From assembly GCA_021208605.1 (NCBI GenBank), contig JAJOJK010000005.1, forward strand, positions 10,214 through 74,213: 64,000 nt of DNA, given 5' to 3'. Positions within the stretch are counted from its first letter, which is position 1. Each line of letters begins with the position of its first letter. This stretch comes from Candidatus Woesebacteria bacterium (GTDB taxonomy: Bacteria; Patescibacteriota; Microgenomatia; UBA1400; UBA1396). Position numbers and translations under genes: made by a program. The notes under the pieces were generated by a model. That model saw only the letters and a program-made list of their open reading frames with translations, was not told where the DNA came from and searched no databases. Below, in pieces: positions 30,458-38,425 of the stretch.

Positions 30458-32118
30458 TTATGAAACGCTGGAAATAACCACCATCACTAAAGGGTTCAAT
30501 CCGAACTTGTCATTTAACAAGCGCACAATGCTCTTTTCCACATCGCGACGAAGGTCTTGGCTGGACGAATCACTCGTCTCGACCAGTTCTTCGACTGTCT
30601 GGCGAATGCGATCACGCAACTCGTCTTGTGGCACGTCTTCGCCCAAGGCGACACCGCGCATGTCGATAGCAATGTTGTCTGGATCAACCGTGCCAGCTGA
30701 CTCGAGCACCGACACCACCTATGGCGCCGTTTTTTGACCGAGCGTCTCGCGCTCGCTCAAGTGCTTGCTGATTACATCGGCCACGCCAGTGCTGTCCACA
30801 GAGCGCTCGCGGAGCTTGATTTGCTCGTCACTGTAGCGCATCTTGCCGCCTGCAAACTCAACCCACTTGCCGTCCATCGGTAGCACAACTTGTTGTGGAC
30901 GGTATCCGTGCTCACGAACCTTCAAGCCGAACAAGACGCGATGGCGATCCTCACCACCGATCGGGAAACGTATTCTGGTTGCAACAAGTGCAACAGAATC
31001 ATCTGCTCGTACTCGCTGGCGTGACCAGACACGTGCAAACCAGGATTCATCTCGGCGTAGGCCACTTCGATACCTTGGCTGGCAATGCGGTTAATGGTGC
31101 GGTAGACGTCTTTTTCGCTCCCTGGAATTGCGTCGGACGAGAAAATAATCTTATCGCCTTTGCTGACGCTAATCATGCGGTGAGAACCAAAGACCGCGCG
31201 CACCAGCGAAGACCCTGGCTGACCCTGACTCCCAGCAATTATGACACAAAGTTCACTATCTGGAATATCGTCCATGCGGCGTTTATTCACCTTCATGTCC
31301 TGCGGAATATCGAGCAGGCCCATGTTCATAGCTGTGTTGACGTTTTGTTCCACGGAACGACCAATAAAGGCCACTTTACGACCATACTCAGCGGCCACGT
31401 CGACAGCCTGTTGAATACGGTGAATGCTGGAGCTCATCAAGGTCACCAAGACTTTGCCTTCTACGTCGCGCATTTCTTCGCGGATGGCAGCGCCGACACT
31501 CGACTCAGAAGCCGCTGGCAGCGGTCGCTCGATACGCAGACAGTCAATTGCCGCACACAGAACGCCTTCGCGACCAATCTCGGCCACACGTTGGAGATCA
31601 CTCGGAATGCCATCGACTGGCGTCAAATCAAGCTTAAAGTCAGAACCGTGGTAAAAGACTCCATCAGGAGTGCGAATGACTAGGTGGCGTGTATCGGGAA
31701 TCGAGTGCGTAATCCGAATGTTCTCAACTTGGAATGGTCCAAATTCTAGAACTCCATCATCTTCAAAGTACTGCACCTCTTTTTCAACACCATTATCGGC
31801 CATACGAGTCATGGCGAACTCGGCGGTGAGTGGTGAACCAAAAATCGGCACATCAACATCAATTTCGCGCAGCACGTATGGCAGCGCCGCAATGTGGTCA
31901 TCGTGACCATGCGACAGAACAATCGCGTGCAAAGTCGCGCCTTGAGCGAGTCGGTCTTGGAGGTATTGAGAGTCTGGAATCAGGAACTCAACGCCTGGCA
32001 TGGTCTCGTCTGGGAAACCAATTCCACAGTCGACCACGAGCATGTCGTCATTGTGTTCATAGACGAATAAGTTTTTGGTGACTCCAGAAATTCCTCCCAA
32101 TGGGAAAATTTTAGTCAT
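30458..32118 (-). CDS. rnj: Ribonuclease J (broken near 30967 and 30720, probably by sequencing indels)
   Basis: SHGHDDH, THSIPD, SDFK, AGSQGQ and HVSGHA motifs; fragments rejoin as PEYVFPIGGE and LGQNGAIVVSV. Confidence 0.9.
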
Positions 32119-32193
32119 GTGAAACCCCTTTCTTACGGAGTTTTTTATTGTTGTATTTCAAGATCTGATAGGAACATTATACAGGAAAAACAT

Positions 32194-32217
32194 TCGGGAG
32201 ACACCCCTAGGCCTATA
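32194..32217. repeat. Left arm of a perfect 24-bp inverted repeat flanking udg
   Basis: TCGGGAGACACCCCTAGGCCTATA. Confidence 0.9.
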
Positions 32218-32221
32218 AAAA

Positions 32222-32854
32222 TTAAAGCAAAGCCGACCGCACCTCCGCCACATGAGCATCATGTTCTTCTTGCTCCCGAATATACGCTAACGCTTTAGGA
32301 ATTTTTCCGATATCGCGCTCAAAAGACTCTTTCATATTGCCGTTTCTCAGCGCTGCCGCCGGGTGATATACCGGCAACAAATACGTTATCTTACCTTCCC
32401 ACATAAATCGCTGCAGCACTCCATGAATGGCCGAAATTTTGGCATCCGGCAAAAAGAAATTCATAGAAAATCGCCCAAGGCTCACAAAAAGCAAAGGCTC
32501 AATAATGTCGATTTCACGGTATAAATACGGCACAAAAGCATTGATTTCTTCTGGCTTTGGATCGCGATTATCGGGCGGACGCACCTTCACAATATTCGAC
32601 ACGTAAAAGTCGTCTCGCTTCATGCCATGCATCTCGAGCGTCGCGTTCAGCAATTTTCCACCGCGACCAACAAACGGCTTGCGTTCGATTGCCTCGTTTC
32701 TGCCAGGAGCTTCACCGATAAACATCACGTCGGAGTCCACATTGCCAAAGCCCATGACCATGTCCTCTGGCTTTTCCGCTAAAGGTAGAGATTCGTAATT
32801 TGACTCGAGTTCTTGAAGGAGTTGTTGTCTTTTTTGCGTTTTGGATTCAGACAT
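32222..32854 (-). CDS. Uracil-DNA glycosylase (family 4-like)
   Basis: FIGEAPG, PFVGRGG, RPPDNRDP and YHPAAALR motifs. Confidence 0.93.
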   Translation of the reverse strand: MSESKTQKRQQLLQELESNYESLPLAEKPEDMVMGFGNVDSDVMFIGEAPGRNEAIERKPFVGRGGKLLNATLEMHGMKRDDFYVSNIVKVRPPDNRDPKPEEINAFVPYLYREIDIIEPLLFVSLGRFSMNFFLPDAKISAIHGVLQRFMWEGKITYLLPVYHPAAALRNGNMKESFERDIGKIPKALAYIREQEEHDAHVAEVRSALL

Positions 32855-32906
32855 AAAACCATTGTAACAAATCGCCTCGATAAATCTGCATGAGGCTCTT
32901 AAATAC

Positions 32907-32930
32907 TATAGGCCTAGGGGTGTCTCCCGA
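32907..32930. repeat. Right arm of the perfect 24-bp inverted repeat flanking udg
   Basis: TATAGGCCTAGGGGTGTCTCCCGA is the exact reverse complement of 32194-32217. Confidence 0.9.
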
Positions 32931-32938
32931 TTCCTTTT

Positions 32939-34048
32939 TTAATAACTCGGCAAGAAATACCGCACATTCTCTTCAGTAATCACCACTTTATCAAGCCCTT
33001 GCTCCAGCATCAGCCGCGCCGATTTTGCCACCACACCCTTCAGAGTACGCTCCAAAGTACGGATACCGGAGTCAAAACCGAGCGGACGAACCATGTTCAT
33101 CCAAACGTCGTCGGAGAAAACAATAGTGTCTTTGTTCATGCCGGCCTCAGCCAGCATTTTCGGCATCACGTAGCGGCGAGCAATGTGGATTTTTTCTTCG
33201 TCGGTGTAGGACGGCATCGTCAAGTGCTCCATACGGTCGTAGACCGCAGTGGCAATGTGGCGCGTGTTATTCGCCGTAGCAATAAACAGCACTTCCGACA
33301 AATCAACGGGAAAATCCAGGTAGTGATCCGTAAACGAGTGGTTCTGGTTCGGATCTAAAAGCTCAACCAAAACACCCATAATGTCCATACGCGCGTCTTC
33401 GGAAACACGGTCGATTTCATCGAGCAGCATCACCGGATTACGCGTTTTGGCTTGCGTCAAACCTTTGATCACCAAACCAGGCTCTGCCTCCAAGTGCAAA
33501 CGCGACTGGCCACGCAAGTCACGCGCCGAACCCATACCACCAAACGGCACACGGATTATTTCGCGACCCAGAGCCTCAGCAATAGAATAGGCAAACGTGG
33601 TTTTACCTGTACCCACCAAGCCAACCAATAGCAAAATGGGCGCACGGACAGAATCAGCTTTCCCCGCCGCCACGCTCTGTTTCTGAAACTGCAAAATAGC
33701 CATGTACTCCAGAATGCGGTCTTTGATCTCCTGCATGCCGTAGTGATGCTCTTCAAACACCTTTTTGGCCCGCTCTAGGTCTAAAACATCTTCACTCTTC
33801 TCCTGCCAAGGAACCGCTAAGGCCCATTCAATATACTTGGCAGTACGCTCGTACTCTTCAGCGTACGAACTACTGTGCGCCGCCCGACGCAAGTGCTTGA
33901 GCATACGCTCAATCTTGAAACGCAGTTCTTCAGGCAGCACTTTTTCACTGATGCGACTCGCTAAATCATCAAGCTCTTGCTGAACTAAGGGATCAATACT
34001 GGGATCAGCCACGGTCGTGGCCTGAATCTGGGCAGACTCTTCTTGCAT
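32939..34048 (-). CDS. Lon-like AAA+ ATPase lacking the N-terminal globular and protease domains
   Basis: HHYGMQEIKDRILEY, GLVGTGKTT, LLDEID, LLDPNQN, DLSEVLFIATAN and DRME motifs; ends at the AAA/protease boundary. Confidence 0.88.
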   Translation of the reverse strand: MQEESAQIQATTVADPSIDPLVQQELDDLASRISEKVLPEELRFKIERMLKHLRRAAHSSSYAEEYERTAKYIEWALAVPWQEKSEDVLDLERAKKVFEEHHYGMQEIKDRILEYMAILQFQKQSVAAGKADSVRAPILLLVGLVGTGKTTFAYSIAEALGREIIRVPFGGMGSARDLRGQSRLHLEAEPGLVIKGLTQAKTRNPVMLLDEIDRVSEDARMDIMGVLVELLDPNQNHSFTDHYLDFPVDLSEVLFIATANNTRHIATAVYDRMEHLTMPSYTDEEKIHIARRYVMPKMLAEAGMNKDTIVFSDDVWMNMVRPLGFDSGIRTLERTLKGVVAKSARLMLEQGLDKVVITEENVRYFLPSY

Positions 34049-34123
34049 GTTTGTATGGTAGCAAAAAGAAAGGGAGAAAAATAGCTACATTCGCCAGTCC
34101 TTGTGAACAAGCTACTTGTTTTC

Positions 34124-34912
34124 TCATCTTATATTTTTGATATCTCGGTACAAATCATCAACCAAACCGGGTGGCCCATCGTCTCGACCAATAAACTCAT
34201 TGACACCAATTCCATTTAATTCAGCCACTACTGCCTGCGGATTGCTGTTCACTCGACCTTCAAGCGCTATTGTGGAAATACTGAGCTTTTTAGACAATTC
34301 TTTAAGATATTTCTCATTCAGTATTGCCTGAGTAATATCTCCACCCCGCACAAGATCAAGAATATATACCTCATACGTACCATCTCGATGCACAAGAAGA
34401 TCAAACTGATCATCCCAAGGCAGGAGAACACCACTTTCTGTTGCTTTGCGAGCAATATCTTCAGCCTGCAGACGAATATCGTTCTTATGCTTTTCGTATA
34501 CCCTCAAAAAGATATCATCCAATTCACTCAACTCAACATCATGCCGACGAATGCTTTCCTGGAATATTTTTCCAAATTTTGCCTTGCCATAAAAATCACT
34601 CCCATCTTGGGTGAGATCAGTTACATAGACTTTTTCAATTTCACCATTTTTTTCTCTTTCGATGACCCGTAGAGTTGGTGGAACGGGTAAACCAGCCTCA
34701 CGAAATAACTTCCAATTTTTTGCAAAGTCTTCCGCGGACTCTTCTCGGGCTAACATGGTAAATTCATGTCTACCAATTCTGATACGAACTCGTTCTTTCG
34801 TAGTATCTGCAGCACCAATATGAGTCCCTAGCCTTTCTGTATCTACTTGTGTAACTTCCCGAGTTGTTGCTCCGGATCCTGGTTTCAAGTGAATTTGATT
34901 ATTCTCCGCCAT
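34124..34912 (-). CDS. Hypothetical protein, possibly with a kinase-like fold
   Basis: 262-aa ORF with GAGGAAAG SD, AT-richer; AGLPVPPTL...VYVTDL...YILDL. Confidence 0.65.
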   Translation of the reverse strand: MAENNQIHLKPGSGATTREVTQVDTERLGTHIGAADTTKERVRIRIGRHEFTMLAREESAEDFAKNWKLFREAGLPVPPTLRVIEREKNGEIEKVYVTDLTQDGSDFYGKAKFGKIFQESIRRHDVELSELDDIFLRVYEKHKNDIRLQAEDIARKATESGVLLPWDDQFDLLVHRDGTYEVYILDLVRGGDITQAILNEKYLKELSKKLSISTIALEGRVNSNPQAVVAELNGIGVNEFIGRDDGPPGLVDDLYRDIKNIR

Positions 34913-34929
34913 ACTTTCCTCAGTCTACC

Positions 34930-34963
34930 AAAAAAGAGCCAGGTTTCCCCGGCTCTTTTTTTT
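34930..34963. terminator. Intrinsic terminator after pnp
   Basis: AAAAAAGAGCC...GGCTCTTTTTT hairpin with A and T tracts on both sides. Confidence 0.85.
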
Positions 34964-34986
34964 CGTTTTCGTAACGAAGGCAGCGA

Positions 34987-37227
34987 TTAGCTATCGCGAC
35001 GTGGGCCACGGCCGCGGCTGCCGCCACGACGATCACCACCACGATCTCGGCCACCACCTCGGCGGTCATTTCGACCACCGCGGTCGCGTCCGCCGCCTCG
35101 GTTTCCACCGCGGCTGCGACGCTCGCCACCTTCACCGTCATTGTCGGACTCTTTGCTCCACTCTTCAGGAGAAACCATCGACAAACGAATGCGATCACCT
35201 TCGAGTTGCTTCACCCAAACGTGAACGGTCTCATTGAGCTCAACCACATTGCGTGGATCATCGACAAAACCAGTGCCCATTTCAGAAACGTGAACGAGAC
35301 CAGTCTTTCCTGGAACGAGGTCGACGAAAGCACCGTAGTCTTCAATACGGGCGACCGTACCATCGAACTCCATACCTTCAGACAGTTCCAAAGTGAGGTC
35401 TTTAATAAACTTCACGGCTTTAGTGATATTTGCACGATCGATACCAGCAATGCTGACCATGCCGCTGTCGTCGATATTGACTTCAACTTCCAGGTCCTCT
35501 TGAATTTGCTTGATCACCTTACCACCAGGACCAATGACCGTACCGATTTTATCGACTGGAATCTGGACAGACTCAATCTTCGGCGCGTTCTCAGCCACAT
35601 CAGCGCGTGGTTCAGAGATGGCTTCCATCATGACATCCATGATGTGCATACGAGCCACTTTGGCCTGAGCCAAGGCAGTGCGCAGAATTTCGAGCGTAAT
35701 ACCAGAGATCTTGATGTCCATCTGCAGAGCAGTAATGCCATCGCGAGTTCCGGCCACCTTGAAGTCCATGTCACCGACGTGGTCTTCGAGACCTTGGATG
35801 TCAGTCAGGACAACAGTCTTGTCACCTTCCTTCATGAGACCCATGGCGATACCAGAAACTGGCTTGCGGATTGGCACACCAGCATCCATAAGGGCCAAAG
35901 TGCTTCCACAGACAGAAGCCTGAGAAGTAGAACCATTTGAGCTCATCACTTCAGAGACCACATGAATAGTGTATGGGAACTCTTCCTGAGTTGGGAGCAC
36001 TGGCAAGAGGGCGCGCTCGGCCAAAGCACCGTGACCAATTTCACGACGCTTCGGAGAACCGATGCGACCAGTTTCACCAGAAGCAAATGGAGGCATGTTG
36101 TAGTGGTGAATGTAGCGACGCTCCTCTTCACCTTCCATGTCTTCAATCAGCTGGGCCAAAGCCGGAGAGCCGAGTGTGGCCACCGACAGTACTTGGGTAG
36201 CACCACGTTTGAAGAGACCAGAACCGTGCACCATTGGCAACACACCAACTTCGGAAGTGATCTGACGCACTTCTTCCGTGGTACGACCATCTGGACGCTC
36301 ACCGTCTTCAATAATCATGCGACGGGCTTCTTTCTTCTGCAGTTTGCTGAAGATGTCCTCAAGCGGTGCATCGAGCAGGTCTTCACGCTCTTCACGCAGC
36401 TTGGCAATGATTTCAGAAATCACAGAAGATTTGCGTAAGTGAGCTTTTTCGACCACCGCCTCATGAATCTGATCGTGATAGGACTTGCTGAACTCTTTCA
36501 GTAAATCAGCATCAAGTTCAGGACTTTCGAAGGCAAATTTCTCTTTACCGACAGCATCTCGCAACTTGCTCAGTTCCGCAGAGATGTCAGCCAGAACCTG
36601 AGAACCAGCTTCAAACGCACGAACCATGGTTTCTTCGTCGACTTCGATAGCGCCGGCTTCGACCATCACAATCGCTTCTTTGGTACCAGCCAAAATTAAG
36701 TCCAGTACCGAAGAGGACTGCTCTTCATAAGTTGGGTTGAAAATGAAGCTGTCAGCGTCAGGATTGTAGCCAATACGGACACCAGAAACGGGACCAGCAA
36801 ACGGAATGGAAGAAATTTCCAATGCCGCCATCGAGGCAATCATCGCCAACGTGTCAGGATTGTTCTCGTGATCGACTGACAAAACAGAAGCCACGACCTG
36901 CACTTCACGGCGCATGCCATCGGGGAACAACGGACGGATCGAGCGATCAATCACGCGAGCAGACAAGATCGCATCATCAGAGGGGCGACCAGGTCGCTTT
37001 ACCCAGCGGCTGCCTTTAATGCGACCACCAGCGTAGAGGTTTTCCTGATACTCCACAGTCAGTGGGAAAAAGTCGAGACCGGATTCGCGGCCGACCGCTA
37101 CCGTGGCGTGCACCACCGTAGAACCACACTGCGCCAAAACGGCAGCATCAGCTTGTTCGGAAAATCTTCCGACAGTGAGTTGGATATCTTTATTGCCAAC
37201 TCGGATAGTTTGGGTATGAATACTCAT
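34987..37227 (-). CDS. pnp: Polyribonucleotide nucleotidyltransferase
   Basis: FFPLTVEY, RREIGHG, SNGSTS and GDMDFKVAG motifs, KH (IGPGGK) and S1 domains; AAGGAG SD. Confidence 0.98.
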   Translation of the reverse strand: MSIHTQTIRVGNKDIQLTVGRFSEQADAAVLAQCGSTVVHATVAVGRESGLDFFPLTVEYQENLYAGGRIKGSRWVKRPGRPSDDAILSARVIDRSIRPLFPDGMRREVQVVASVLSVDHENNPDTLAMIASMAALEISSIPFAGPVSGVRIGYNPDADSFIFNPTYEEQSSSVLDLILAGTKEAIVMVEAGAIEVDEETMVRAFEAGSQVLADISAELSKLRDAVGKEKFAFESPELDADLLKEFSKSYHDQIHEAVVEKAHLRKSSVISEIIAKLREEREDLLDAPLEDIFSKLQKKEARRMIIEDGERPDGRTTEEVRQITSEVGVLPMVHGSGLFKRGATQVLSVATLGSPALAQLIEDMEGEEERRYIHHYNMPPFASGETGRIGSPKRREIGHGALAERALLPVLPTQEEFPYTIHVVSEVMSSNGSTSQASVCGSTLALMDAGVPIRKPVSGIAMGLMKEGDKTVVLTDIQGLEDHVGDMDFKVAGTRDGITALQMDIKISGITLEILRTALAQAKVARMHIMDVMMEAISEPRADVAENAPKIESVQIPVDKIGTVIGPGGKVIKQIQEDLEVEVNIDDSGMVSIAGIDRANITKAVKFIKDLTLELSEGMEFDGTVARIEDYGAFVDLVPGKTGLVHVSEMGTGFVDDPRNVVELNETVHVWVKQLEGDRIRLSMVSPEEWSKESDNDGEGGERRSRGGNRGGGRDRGGRNDRRGGGRDRGGDRRGGSRGRGPRRDS

Positions 37228-37389
37228 ACTCTCCTTTCTTTGAGGAGAGGGAGATAGAGAAGTTTTCGCATCTACCGGGAAAATGATTGTTTTGTCCTGC
37301 CACAAAACGCTTACCCGGCACAGGTGAAAACACCAACTCTCTCCCGCACCTCTATGTTTTTCTTTACTTGTTCAGGGAGGTGTTTCGAA

Positions 37390-37421
37390 ATGGGGCGCGT
37401 GGCTGTTGCCTCGCGCCCCAT
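37390..37421 (-). promoter_or_regulatory. GC-rich hairpin in the rpsO-pnp spacer
   Basis: ATGGGGCGCG-n-GGC-4nt-GCC-n-CGCGCCCCAT; only a weak U tract follows. Confidence 0.55.
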
Positions 37422-37435
37422 CACCTCGTTCTATT

Positions 37436-37705
37436 TTACTTGCTCAAACCGAGCTCAGCAATAAGCTTGCTGTAGCGTTCTTCGTCTTTGTTCTTCAAAA
37501 AGTTCAAGAGACGACGACGCTTGGCGACCATCTTCAAAAGACCCTTACGGGAGTGGTCGTCTTTTTTGTGTTTCTTCAAGTGTTCAGTCAATTGGTTGAT
37601 AGACTCGGTCAAAAGGGCAATCTGCACCTCTGGAGAACCGGTGTCACCCTCGCTCTGCTGAAACTTGTTAATAATTTGTTGTTTGATCTGCGGATCTAAT
37701 GCCAT
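37436..37705 (-). CDS. rpsO: 30S ribosomal protein S15
   Basis: [13 protein letters not shown] and [15 protein letters not shown] motifs. Confidence 0.98.
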   Translation of the reverse strand: MALDPQIKQQIINKFQQSEGDTGSPEVQIALLTESINQLTEHLKKHKKDDHSRKGLLKMVAKRRRLLNFLKNKDEERYSKLIAELGLSK

Positions 37706-37775
37706 AAATATATCCTCCTTTTATCACCTCGCCCCGCTAGCCAGGTGAAAAAGCTTTATTTGGATGTGTAGTATA
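37706..37775 (-). promoter_or_regulatory. rpsO promoter (-10 TATACT) and structured leader
   Basis: TTTTCACCT/AGGTGATAAAA stem abutting the AGGAGG SD. Confidence 0.5.
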
Positions 37776-37838
37776 GCACACTTTGAAAAAACACCTCCCA
37801 AAATGTATCTTTTGCGCTATAATAATGTCCTTAACCGC

Positions 37839-37912
37839 GCCAGGGTAGCTCAGTTGGTTAGAGCATCGGATTCATAAACCGAAGGTCGTGGGTTCAACTC
37901 CCACCCCTGGTA
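37839..37912 (+). tRNA. tRNA with CAT anticodon (elongator Met most likely; Ile2 not excluded)
   Basis: GCCAGGG/CCCTGGT acceptor, GCTC/GAGC D-stem, TTCATAA loop and GTGGG-TTCAACT-CCCAC T arm; no initiator features; CCA not encoded. Confidence 0.93.
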
Positions 37913-37930
37913 CTTTCCATTTACCATTTA

Positions 37931-38012
37931 GGTTTCTCCTGTGTTTCAATTTCCTCAAGAAGGAGAAACCTAGGATGCTCCTTCTTGAGGAAATTCTGCA
38001 ACAGGAGAAACC
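37931..38012. repeat. Long imperfect inverted repeat with three AGGAGAAACC/GGTTTCTCCT units
   Basis: 12-bp and 18-bp perfectly paired arm segments around a 12-nt loop. Confidence 0.8.
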
Positions 38013-38035
38013 CGTTGACAATGCCCCCCAAAACC

Positions 38036-38065
38036 AAAAAGCGACCCACCTCGCGGTGAGTCGCT
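38036..38065 (-). terminator. Intrinsic terminator of rny-hup
   Basis: GCGACTCACC-GCGA-GGTGGGTCGC-TTTTT. Confidence 0.85.
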
Positions 38066-38125
38066 CCTTGTGTGGTAGTGTACAGTCTTTGCAGCACACT
38101 TATTAGGTAAGTTTTATTTCAGTGC

Positions 38126-38401
38126 TTACTTCACTGCGTCCTTCAGAGGCTTACCAGCCTTGAAGTTAACGACGTTGTGACTCTTGATAACACGAGTCAG
38201 TTCTTCGCGGCCGAATGGGACCACGCGCTTATCCGCAACCTTGCGGACATCAAATGTTCCAAAGCCAGACCATAAAACTTTTTGGCCCTTTCCTAAGGAA
38301 CGAGTCGTCTCTTCCAAGAATACTTCAATAGCTTCCTTGGCCGCTTTCTGGGTCAAGTTCGCTTTCTTGGCGACGACAGCAATAAGGTCAGATTTATTCA
38401 T
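38126..38401 (-). CDS. hup: HU family DNA-binding protein
   Basis: MNKSDLIAVVA, GFGTF and FKAGKPLKDAV motifs. Confidence 0.93.
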   Translation of the reverse strand: MNKSDLIAVVAKKANLTQKAAKEAIEVFLEETTRSLGKGQKVLWSGFGTFDVRKVADKRVVPFGREELTRVIKSHNVVNFKAGKPLKDAVK

Positions 38402-38425
38402 CCCTACTCCTTTTACGTCTTTTTT

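Noticed and set aside
30719-30721. In-frame TAG in rnj as stop-codon recoding
   Set aside because: Two nearby compensating indels restore an RNase J-like GQNGAIVV segment, and TAG is used as a normal stop elsewhere (e.g. 10313, 29572).
30895-36438. Long antisense ORFs opposite rnj and pnp (262, 244 and 158 aa)
   Set aside because: Typical antisense-frame shadows of codon-biased genes.
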